IMG/VR virus record: IMGVR_UViG_3300043773_000921
Span: 1 to 64,000 of that record
Reading direction: 5' to 3' (one strand)
Length of the DNA stretch: 64,000 nucleotides
Origin: a virus
Each line of letters starts with the position of its first letter. Positions within the stretch are counted from its first letter, which is position 1. A program made the position numbers and the translations under genes. The notes below the pieces were generated by a model that saw nothing but the letters and a program-made list of their open reading frames with translations, did not search any database and had not been told where the DNA came from. Shown here one piece after another: positions 55,303-64,000 of the stretch.

Positions 55303-58300
55303 TTATTTTTTAGTTGATTCACCGATATAATTTAACATGTAATCGTAAGTGTCATGTACATCCCTATAACCACCACCAAGAGGCATATTCTTACTTAAAT
55401 CGTAGAAATATTCATCAAGTTCATTAGTAATGCCTTCGATATCTTGCTGTTGATATAATGTCCAAGGCAACATCAATGTAGAAACAAATGTTTGAGCTAC
55501 ATTATCAGCTTGCATAATATGAGTTGATGGCATATTGCCTATGTCTTGGAACATTCTATATGGAGATACATAAGACAACTGTTCTTCAACACCTTTTAAA
55601 AGTATGTTTTTGGCAAACATTTCAGTCATAGACAAATCACCTTTTAATGGCATATCATATTTTGTATCATACAACATAGATAGTAATCTTTCAGAAATCC
55701 AAGGCTCATCAATATCTACTCTTTTACGTTTACCTGTTTTAGGGTCTTTTTCATAACGGTATTTTTTAACTTTCTTTCTATCTTCATCATATAACATTGA
55801 ATCTGCAAGAAGATAAACACCGGCCATGATACCAGTAAACGTAGCCATTGCTATAAGATTACGCTTTTGAAAACTAGACATGTTTTTATAATCATCAAAT
55901 GTACCTGTTTTTACAAAATTTCTCAAACCTTTAGCACAATATATTAATGTGTTGATCATACCCTCTGTAAGTTCCGGTGCCCAAACAGGTTCTTTTTTAC
56001 CATCAATTTCAATTACTTTAAAATCACCAAGATGTACTGTTTGGCTAGGGTTTTTCCACCATGCTTGTGCTACATTGTACATGTAACTTCTCATTGATGA
56101 AGCAGCGCGAACAAATGAATAACTTGATGCTAAGTTTTTGTATTTAGGATCAGTTAACTCACCAACAAATCTTTGCACTTGCAATTTTACATGGTTCTCT
56201 TGTCTTTGAGTGTATGCGTGTGTCATTTTGCCATTATCAAGAACATGATATCCTTCTTTGTATTGTTGTTCAATAATAGCATTTTTGATGTACTCACCAT
56301 CTTCACCAACAAATCTTTTGTCTTTGGTTTCATCGTAGTTTCCTTCATCGTCGTGTGCATCATAAGTACCATCATTAATCATTTGAGCGATACCGCCAAT
56401 AAGTTGATTGTAATAATCACCAAACCAGTTAAGAATCATTTGAGCATCTGGCTCAGTAGCATTTGCTTTACTTATTACATGTTGAAAGTGATTGATTAAA
56501 TCTTTTTCGCTCATGTTTACAAACTGATACTTTTCATTTAATGCTCGTATTTTTTCACCATTAGAAAACATTTGCTCTACAGCGCGAGTAACATTAGCAA
56601 TATTAAAATTCTTGCCTGAAATCTGATTTATTAAAGCATTGATTAAAAGTTTAGATGTTGTAGCTACTACGTTTTTCATTGCAACACCAGGCTTAACAGC
56701 AAGGTGTGCCATATTTATAAATCTGTTACTAGCATCTAACATATAGTCAATATTTACAGATATGTTGCCAAGCATTACTTTAGGCATTTCTGGAAGATTA
56801 CCATAAATCTGTCTGTTAATATAATTTTCTACATGTTCTCTTGCATCTTTAGTATTTACACCACGCATTGCTTCTTCACCTCTAAGCATATCCATTGCAA
56901 TATTTGCAGATGCTACTGCTCTTTGCATGTACTTTGTGCGCTTAGATGCCATCATGGTATAGTTACCTATATTCTGAAGGTTATATGACAATGAGTTTTG
57001 TAGTTCAGGAGCGATTACTTCAAGAGATCTATCTTGATTTCTAACCTTTAGATCTAGTCCAAGAAGTTTCATTCTAAATGAACCGCCGTATAGTTCTGCA
57101 TTTTGGAACTGATTCCAGAATGGCGACATAAGTTTTCTGAATGATTCTTTTTGGTACTCCGCATCTTCTGTTTGTGTAAACTCTTCATACAATGCACCTC
57201 CAATAAATCTACCAGCATTTTTCATGTACATATTTAATGCATCCATCAATTTGCCTTCACTTAAAGCAGAACCTGTAGAACGTATAAATACAGGCATCAT
57301 ACCTCTTTTGTATCGTCTTGCTACTTCATTTTCTGCTGCTGCTCTAAGCTCTACCTCGGTCATATTTGCGCGCTGTGATATGTTTTTGCGTTCAACGGTC
57401 ATTACGTACTGAACAAACTCTTCATACATGCTATCGGCTAACCATTTACCAAACTCTAATTGCTCTGTAGTTATTTCTCTATTAGCTAATGCTCTTGCAG
57501 TTTCAGCATCATTTATATCACAATGTATTTCGTGAGTTGATATTGGAACTTCTTTACCATTTTGATCATAACCAGTTGCTTTTTTAAATAATGGTTTAAA
57601 TAAATCATGTGATTTGTCAAGACCATAACTTAAAATATTACCAGAAAGTGTGTTTAATGTTTTTGTTCTTTTGTTCAACTCTTTGTTAAACGGCACCATT
57701 TCATCAACACCTTTTCTAGAAGCAAGATCAACTTGGTCAAATAACCATGTTCTTATTTGTCCTGTCCAGCGATCGGCAGTCTGTATTAGCTTTTCATCAA
57801 ATGAAAGTTCGTTAAATCTTTGAGTATTAATCTCATTGTACCCAGTTAACTCTCTATACGTTTGTAGTAAAAACTGATATTCTTCGTTGGCAGCCTTTGC
57901 TACATCGCTATCTAGTTCTTCGGCTAAATGCATTATTCTACCAAATACAGCTTTTTGAATATCTTGGTAAAATGAGTTATCACCATTTTCAAATACTTTA
58001 ATACCTTGATCTATTGTGTTTTGTACACTTTTTTTATAGTTATCATTAGGCTTTAAAGTAGATATTAGCGTTCTAAAATAGTTGAGCAGTCTAGTTCCAA
58101 CAGGTACTTTGTATAAGTTCATGTTGTACAAAGTTTTATCGGATACAATATCTCTTATATCCACTTCTAGATTATCACGCAATTGCGGAACATTGTCAAC
58201 AAGCAACTCAATCTGTCTTACAGTGTCATCCACATCACGACTTCTTACAGATATGTTACTACCATTTACATGCATAGCACCTACTTTTCTAATGACTGTA

Positions 58301-61300
58301 CCAGGACTAGATTTTTTAATAGCCATAGCAATTATAGCTGTTTTAACTGCTTCAATATGGCCGTTATCATTAGATAAAGTTACGTTTTGTAATTTTTTAG
58401 CACGTTTCTTTTCTTTATTAGTCAAGTTTTCTCCAATAAATGCTGCAGCAATATTGTTTTTTTCCACACCATGATTACTAAGGTACTCTGGAGAAACATT
58501 TAATATTGATATTTCTTGTGCCGGCTTTCCAATGTTATGAACAATTACAATTGTGTTATCAAGCTTTACTCCATTTGGCAACTTTAATCCAAGTGTTTGT
58601 TCTGCTTCACTTAGCATCATTGCTTTGTCAAGATTTGGATTGTAGCCAAGTTTATTCATCATTTTTATTACGTTCTGAGTAAGTTGCTCTTTCTGTACTT
58701 CTGTAGCATTAGGCAAATCATAACGCTTATTCCAAGATGCAAATAAAGATTGTTTTGCTGCAGCTAATGGTTCAAGATCTTTAAGTTCGTCTAAGAACTG
58801 AATGATGTTTTTTTCAATACCACCATAGAACGCCATTTCATTTTCAACTATTTGAGCAATAAACTTTTCTTTACGTTTTTGATCGTAATTACCATTAGGG
58901 TCATAGAAATCTTTGTTTCTCATGGTCAAGTCATAAGTACCTGACAATCCAGAAAATGTATTACCTTGAATAGAATCCATTATTTGTCTTCTAGCCTTGT
59001 CATCCTTTGTATTGTGCGACTTTCGCTGAAATAACGTATCTATATTTGTTAAGTTTATATTCTTAACCGATGAAGCAGATGATGCCCTCATTGTATATGG
59101 CAAGAACCTGGCAATATTAAATGCTTCTTTGTTTCTGACTACAAACTCCTTGCCTTTTAGCATATCATTTAAGATAGCATCAGATATAGAGTTAAGGTCA
59201 GCAGTTTTAAAATCAACATTGTCAATACTTGATTCTGCATTTACATCACCAATTAACGCTTCTTTAAATATAGAACCAGCCTCAGCAAAAAACATTTCCC
59301 AGTTTGCTCTTTCTTCTGGTGACATTTCGTGCGCCAATCTTGCGTAATACCTAAACTGAATGTATGTTGGTATTGCTTCAAGTATCATTGCTTCTTCTGT
59401 ATCAAGATCATCCTTGTACATTTTTCTAACATAGTCCATTACACTAGATTGAGAAACCTGTTGTGCTATTGCGTTAAATAGTTCAGGTTTTTCTATCTGC
59501 ATTGCCAATGTTAATGGATGCGCAAACTCGTGAATAGCGACACCTCTATCAGCTTTATCTACATTTATGTAAACAATACCATCCTGGTAGAAAGATACGC
59601 TGTCATGTTCAGATCTTTGTATTTGACGGGCTTCTTCGTCATTAACATATCTATACTCAACATTTGGCATAATGCCGGCTATTGTTCTAACAAAACCATC
59701 AAGTGCAAACCTTGTGTTGTTTTTCTGCATGATGTTTTCTAGACTAACAACAGCTCTTTGTGCATTGAATATGTTTCTATTGTCTGTAAGCTTATGGTTA
59801 ATAACATAGTTTACATTGTTTTCTGATGTAACATTAATGACAATACCAACTATACCATCAGGAAAATGTATCATATCGCCAACTTCATATGGTGTTTCTT
59901 GATACCTTTGCAATGTTTCTACAGTTGATTTTATAGAGCCAAAAAGTTCAGTTATTTTTCCTTCTGCAATACTCTTATTGATGTTGTGATATTTAGTAGA
60001 ATGTCTTTTACTTATATCTTCATCAATATTCCTATCAACATGTTTGTAATATGTTTTAAATGCAACTTCTTTTAATAAATCTATATTGCTTGTAGATACA
60101 GTCGATAATGAGTTTATTCTATTTTTCATATTAGCTGTAGACATTCCTATAGAATCAGCTATAAGAATATTAGCAAGCAATGTATTAAGTTGATCGTTCT
60201 TTAAACTTGTATCTTGAAATATTTCTTTTGCTGCTTCGTAGAACAAGTCTTTTGTTCCTACTCCGTTTGGACCTTTCATGTTTACAGCAACAACATAACC
60301 AGAATCTCTAGCATTTTCTCTAGTAAAGTAATTGCCAAAAGTACCAAGTAAGTTTACTAACGGAGCATCTTCGTTTGATTGAACTCCATACGTATCGCTA
60401 AATATTTCTATTGATGGTATAGATTCTATTGCTCTAAGATTTTCTATAGTAAAAGGTTTGCCTTCAGCTTTAAGCATATTTAATGCAGCGTGCAATGTAT
60501 ACGATGGAGCTATATCGCTATAGTAGTATTCATCTTTTAGCATTTTACCATCTAAAGACTGCAATACAGCATCAGCATTTGGACCATGTTTCTGTAAAAT
60601 AGAGTTAACAGTAAGGTTGAAAACATTGTTTCTAATCATGTTTTCCATATCCATTGCAGTTTCTTTATCTTGCAATGCAGGAATACCTTTTTTGTTATAA
60701 ACATTGTTTAAATCCCTTGACATTACATCATTAACTATCTGCAATACATCTTGTGGAGTAAGTTCTACGCCTTCTTGTGTCTGCCTTTTAATAGCTTTTT
60801 GTATGTCATTTTCTAAATGTCCATGCAATATATTTTTGATGTAAGCATGTGGCCTTAAATTTAATGCAAATGACATTGGTATATTTAAGTTTCTTAGTAT
60901 TGTCGGAGTGTAACTAAGTGATATCGTAATAGGATTACCCATTGCATCTGTATCGTTATACATATTGATAACAGAATCAAATGGAACTACATTAGACAAT
61001 GATGTTCTAGTTGCAGAACCCTGAGTAAGTGCAACGCCATTTATACCATTGGTAGTAGCAAGAGCATAAGTTCTTATTGTTGTGCCTACTTTAGATTTTT
61101 GCGTTTGTATTGTTTTCTTATAATGCTTTGCTACGCCATACCAGGCTGATGGGGCCTGTGAAAACTCTTTACCATCTTTGTAAATGCGTTTTTCATTTTT
61201 AAGCAAATCAAGACTTGTGTTAGACAAAATCATGTCTGAAATGTTATTCAAATCCTGACTTATTTCTTTAGTAGGCAATACTTCTTTTAAAAACTTAGAG

Positions 61301-64000
61301 TAATCGATAAGAAACTTTTTAGGCAATACTTCACCAAAAAACGATCTACTTGTGTCAAACTGATTCTTAAGAATATGGTACAATGCCAACAATGTTTGTG
61401 TTTCATTTGACAACTTATTAAAGCCATCTCTAAGCATTTCATTTTCATTAGCGTTTTGCACTCTTGACTTTTGAACTTCAAGATAATCCATACGGTTGTA
61501 TGAATACTTTTCTATTCTATCTATAAACTCATACGCAGATTCAAGATCTTGTGCAGTAAACTTACTACCCATTTCTTTCAACCTTTGCATTTCTGATTGT
61601 CTTATGACTTGATCAAAAAACTCAGGGAAGTTTGAAATAAAGTTTCTTACACCAATAGGATTACCAATATTATGCATCATTCCATTTGACGTTGCCGAAC
61701 CAGATGTCATTGGAAGCGTAAGAATGTTAAACTTTTCTAATGCTTTAAATATATCTTCTTTTACTTCTGATTCAAAACCATTGTTGTTGATTTCGGAAAG
61801 ATACAAATGGACAAAATACTTACTAATCTCTTCTTTTAAAACTATGCTTTTAGCTTCTGGAAGTATATCGTAAGCAATGTTATCTGTTATGGTGTCTATC
61901 ATAGATTGTATTTCCGTAGACTCTATGTTAAATATTGAAGAGTTAATGTCTTTAAACATTTGCGATGCTCTAAAACTTTCCATTACATCTGGCCTAGAAA
62001 GCAATATAGATGCAAAATCAAATATCTTGTGGTAGTCTTCGTAGTAGTTTATTACTTCTCCGGTTACAGGCGACTCTATACTATCTCTCATATAAGAAAA
62101 ATCAACCTGAGCCATAGTATTGGCTTTTGTTTTAAAAGCTGTTTCTCTTACTGCTTCAATAGGTTTTTTCTCATTAGGGTTAGCATCAAAATAATCACCT
62201 ATTGTACTGCTTGCTCCATTGTCTTTTTTCCAACTGTTAAATCTGTCATAGATACCAATAAGTTCATCAATAGTATAACCAGTGGCAAATGTAAAATCGT
62301 TTTCAAACTTCTTTTGATCATAAGCTTTAGATTGTTTAAACTGATTGATATTAGCAACCTTAACTAAATCGCTCATAATATCACCAAGCATAGCATATTT
62401 TGTAACAAGATATACTTCATTGATATAATTAGGATCTGTTTTTCTAGAAAGGTTTCTATTTTTATCAAGATTGTCTTTATAAGATTTTAGGTCTTTGAAA
62501 AACTTCTTATACTTTTCAGACAATAACTTGCTTTCATTATTTATATTTACTAGGTTATCAGCAGGCGACATACTAGCTATACTAGTAACAATATCATATG
62601 ATGCTTGAACATCTTTAGAGTTAAGCGCTTTTTCTATTTCAGCTTTAAACTCATTATCTGTAATTTCATCAAGATTGTTTTTAATAAAGTTGTCTAGTAC
62701 GTTTTTAAGGATATTGTGTTTTTTAGAAATTTCTTTACTAATATTATTAATATTGATATTTCTAATCATAGATAACAAAACATCACCTTTGTTTTCTGTT
62801 TGAGCAGTTGCTATTGCTGTATTTATAAATGCCTCATCATATCCTACATCATTGATAAGAAATGAAACCATACTATCAAAAATATCACTATTTTTATTTA
62901 AGTTATTTTTGTATTGTTCTTCATATTCTGAACCATGAGCTTGTAGTTTTTTGTAATAGTTGTATGCCGTATTGTAGTAAGATCTTGAAAATCCACCATT
63001 GTACATACCTGAGTTTGATTTGACATAATTAAATATGTCTTTATTTGCATCAAGTTTCAAGAAGTTTAATACTGCATCCACTTCATTCATATTTTCATTA
63101 CCGGGTATTGATCTCATGTAATCATGAATATCCTTTGGCGCAAACATCATAGCAGATGCCATATCAGCATTATTCATTGTAATATTCATGGCGCCTAAAA
63201 TCAACAACTTTGGATTATCCGTAGCTGCATTTATAAGCATCTCCATATACACTGGAACTTTGCTGTATTCATCTTCTAACTGGCCGATAGCATTTTCTAC
63301 TTTGTTAATCTTAAAGTTGTAAATACTTGAATCTATGCCTCTTCTTTGGTTCATACTATAACCAGAATAAAGCAATGTTTGTAGTTTCTGAGCATTAGCA
63401 AACGGACCTACTGCTTGTCCATCCATTGCAATATTTCTATACACAAATGAATGTCCAATGTTATGAGCTAAGTCACCATCTTTAAACAATTCTCTATATG
63501 TACCATCTGCAGCTTTTTTAACCGGGTCAAGGTCAATAGCGGCCATAGTAAGCTCAGCATTTAATGGGTCTGAATAGTATCTTTGAAGGTGTCTGATTAG
63601 TCTGTTGTTAATAACCTTAGCTTCTTCATTAGATAATGCATCGTAGTTGCCATCTTTCTTTTGCTTATCTTTCCAGTTGTTGTATTCCAAAATAGACATC
63701 TTACCAGAGTCAAGCATTGTACTTGACAAATAGTAGATTGTAAACTGGTCAACGTCTTGGTCAGAACCATCAATAAGGTTTTTGATAGTATTTACATAAC
63801 CAACAGAACTAGCATCATTTATAAACCCTACAATGTTGTTAATAAAACCAGAACCTGGTCCTGATGGAGTACGCATGCCAATGTTATCTTTTAGCGTTAT
63901 GGCTACAGATGTTATAGCATCGGTATATTTGTCAACTAAGTTTGCTATTTCAGATTGAGCAAAAGCAGTAGACTCTTCAGCCAGTCTTGTTCTTAGTTCT
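55303..64000 (-). CDS. Giant virion RNA polymerase polyprotein (beta'-like catalytic region + zincin domain), 5' end beyond the window
   Basis: The frame stays open from 63999 to the listed M (ELRTRLAEE...NIGMRTPSG). R.P...S motif then GSDQDVD at 63748-63768. LINAATDN.K, and HEFAH at 59518-59532. More than 2890 aa. Confidence 0.85.
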   Translation of the reverse strand, partial: ELRTRLAEESTAFAQSEIANLVDKYTDAITSVAITLKDNIGMRTPSGPGSGFINNIVGFINDASSVGYVNTIKNLIDGSDQDVDQFTIYYLSSTMLDSGKMSILEYNNWKDKQKKDGNYDALSNEEAKVINNRLIRHLQRYYSDPLNAELTMAAIDLDPVKKAADGTYRELFKDGDLAHNIGHSFVYRNIAMDGQAVGPFANAQKLQTLLYSGYSMNQRRGIDSSIYNFKINKVENAIGQLEDEYSKVPVYMEMLINAATDNPKLLILGAMNITMNNADMASAMMFAPKDIHDYMRSIPGNENMNEVDAVLNFLKLDANKDIFNYVKSNSGMYNGGFSRSYYNTAYNYYKKLQAHGSEYEEQYKNNLNKNSDIFDSMVSFLINDVGYDEAFINTAIATAQTENKGDVLLSMIRNININNISKEISKKHNILKNVLDNFIKNNLDEITDNEFKAEIEKALNSKDVQASYDIVTSIASMSPADNLVNINNESKLLSEKYKKFFKDLKSYKDNLDKNRNLSRKTDPNYINEVYLVTKYAMLGDIMSDLVKVANINQFKQSKAYDQKKFENDFTFATGYTIDELIGIYDRFNSWKKDNGASSTIGDYFDANPNEKKPIEAVRETAFKTKANTMAQVDFSYMRDSIESPVTGEVINYYEDYHKIFDFASILLSRPDVMESFRASQMFKDINSSIFNIESTEIQSMIDTITDNIAYDILPEAKSIVLKEEISKYFVHLYLSEINNNGFESEVKEDIFKALEKFNILTLPMTSGSATSNGMMHNIGNPIGVRNFISNFPEFFDQVIRQSEMQRLKEMGSKFTAQDLESAYEFIDRIEKYSYNRMDYLEVQKSRVQNANENEMLRDGFNKLSNETQTLLALYHILKNQFDTSRSFFGEVLPKKFLIDYSKFLKEVLPTKEISQDLNNISDMILSNTSLDLLKNEKRIYKDGKEFSQAPSAWYGVAKHYKKTIQTQKSKVGTTIRTYALATTNGINGVALTQGSATRTSLSNVVPFDSVINMYNDTDAMGNPITISLSYTPTILRNLNIPMSFALNLRPHAYIKNILHGHLENDIQKAIKRQTQEGVELTPQDVLQIVNDVMSRDLNNVYNKKGIPALQDKETAMDMENMIRNNVFNLTVNSILQKHGPNADAVLQSLDGKMLKDEYYYSDIAPSYTLHAALNMLKAEGKPFTIENLRAIESIPSIEIFSDTYGVQSNEDAPLVNLLGTFGNYFTRENARDSGYVVAVNMKGPNGVGTKDLFYEAAKEIFQDTSLKNDQLNTLLANILIADSIGMSTANMKNRINSLSTVSTSNIDLLKEVAFKTYYKHVDRNIDEDISKRHSTKYHNINKSIAEGKITELFGSIKSTVETLQRYQETPYEVGDMIHFPDGIVGIVINVTSENNVNYVINHKLTDNRNIFNAQRAVVSLENIMQKNNTRFALDGFVRTIAGIMPNVEYRYVNDEEARQIQRSEHDSVSFYQDGIVYINVDKADRGVAIHEFAHPLTLAMQIEKPELFNAIAQQVSQSSVMDYVRKMYKDDLDTEEAMILEAIPTYIQFRYYARLAHEMSPEERANWEMFFAEAGSIFKEALIGDVNAESSIDNVDFKTADLNSISDAILNDMLKGKEFVVRNKEAFNIARFLPYTMRASSASSVKNINLTNIDTLFQRKSHNTKDDKARRQIMDSIQGNTFSGLSGTYDLTMRNKDFYDPNGNYDQKRKEKFIAQIVENEMAFYGGIEKNIIQFLDELKDLEPLAAAKQSLFASWNKRYDLPNATEVQKEQLTQNVIKMMNKLGYNPNLDKAMMLSEAEQTLGLKLPNGVKLDNTIVIVHNIGKPAQEISILNVSPEYLSNHGVEKNNIAAAFIGENLTNKEKKRAKKLQNVTLSNDNGHIEAVKTAIIAMAIKKSSPGTVIRKVGAMHVNGSNISVRSRDVDDTVRQIELLVDNVPQLRDNLEVDIRDIVSDKTLYNMNLYKVPVGTRLLNYFRTLISTLKPNDNYKKSVQNTIDQGIKVFENGDNSFYQDIQKAVFGRIMHLAEELDSDVAKAANEEYQFLLQTYRELTGYNEINTQRFNELSFDEKLIQTADRWTGQIRTWLFDQVDLASRKGVDEMVPFNKELNKRTKTLNTLSGNILSYGLDKSHDLFKPLFKKATGYDQNGKEVPISTHEIHCDINDAETARALANREITTEQLEFGKWLADSMYEEFVQYVMTVERKNISQRANMTEVELRAAAENEVARRYKRGMMPVFIRSTGSALSEGKLMDALNMYMKNAGRFIGGALYEEFTQTEDAEYQKESFRKLMSPFWNQFQNAELYGGSFRMKLLGLDLKVRNQDRSLEVIAPELQNSLSYNLQNIGNYTMMASKRTKYMQRAVASANIAMDMLRGEEAMRGVNTKDAREHVENYINRQIYGNLPEMPKVMLGNISVNIDYMLDASNRFINMAHLAVKPGVAMKNVVATTSKLLINALINQISGKNFNIANVTRAVEQMFSNGEKIRALNEKYQFVNMSEKDLINHFQHVISKANATEPDAQMILNWFGDYYNQLIGGIAQMINDGTYDAHDDEGNYDETKDKRFVGEDGEYIKNAIIEQQYKEGYHVLDNGKMTHAYTQRQENHVKLQVQRFVGELTDPKYKNLASSYSFVRAASSMRSYMYNVAQAWWKNPSQTVHLGDFKVIEIDGKKEPVWAPELTEGMINTLIYCAKGLRNFVKTGTFDDYKNMSSFQKRNLIAMATFTGIMAGVYLLADSMLYDEDRKKVKKYRYEKDPKTGKRKRVDIDEPWISERLLSMLYDTKYDMPLKGDLSMTEMFAKNILLKGVEEQLSYVSPYRMFQDIGNMPSTHIMQADNVAQTFVSTLMLPWTLYQQQDIEGITNELDEYFYDLSKNMPLGGGYRDVHDTYDYMLNYIGESTKK

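Larger units (their letters stand above)
1..64000. mobile_element. crAss-like (Crassvirales-type) bacteriophage genome segment
   Basis: Gene order TerL-portal-acidic protein-MCP-structural/ring genes-IHF-tail tube-tail stabiliser-cargo, plus a giant virion RNAP with a GSDxDxD motif, matches the established crAss-like layout. No bacterial housekeeping operons or rRNA. Confidence 0.92.

Noticed and set aside
1-64000. Stop-codon reassignment (TAG or TGA), as seen in some Crassvirales
   Set aside because: Genes up to ~2900 aa are uninterrupted in code 11 and coding density is high. TAG is the true stop of MCP (15140) and the ring gene (13201), and TGA stops occur in ATGA overlaps.

Overview
The whole window is part of a crAss-like (Crassvirales-type) dsDNA phage genome, probably infecting an environmental Bacteroidota host, and it reads cleanly in genetic code 11. 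Left arm (1-31.2 kb, minus strand): RusA resolvase, tail-fibre and holin genes, TerL, portal, scaffold-like protein, major capsid protein, ring proteins, IHF-like protein, tail tube and stabilisation proteins, then large modular cargo proteins running off the left edge. Central arm (31.4-51.4 kb, plus strand), fully enclosed in the window: many small genes plus Gp157, ERF, SSB, a large ParB-like protein, RadC, a membrane-anchored GH73 and a spore-photoproduct-lyase-like radical SAM enzyme. No DNA polymerase, primase or helicase is recognisable in this arm. Right arm (51.4-64 kb, minus strand): the 3' part of the giant virion RNA polymerase (DxDxD motif plus a zincin domain), Cys-rich tail proteins, a collar fibre and an amidase endolysin. 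The most striking signal is a perfect chromosomal-type parS palindrome (TGTTCCACGTGGAACA, 31888-31903). It lies beside the divergence and GC-skew switch point, and the genome encodes an orphan, motif-degenerate ParB with no ParA in the window, which suggests a plasmid-like segregation strategy in a crAss-like phage. Other notable items: a stand-alone class II aminoacyl-tRNA-synthetase catalytic domain, paralogous zincin modules in cargo proteins, a family of TGCCT...AGGC hairpins and two candidate structured RNAs. All family assignments come from motif recognition and synteny by eye; no searches were run.
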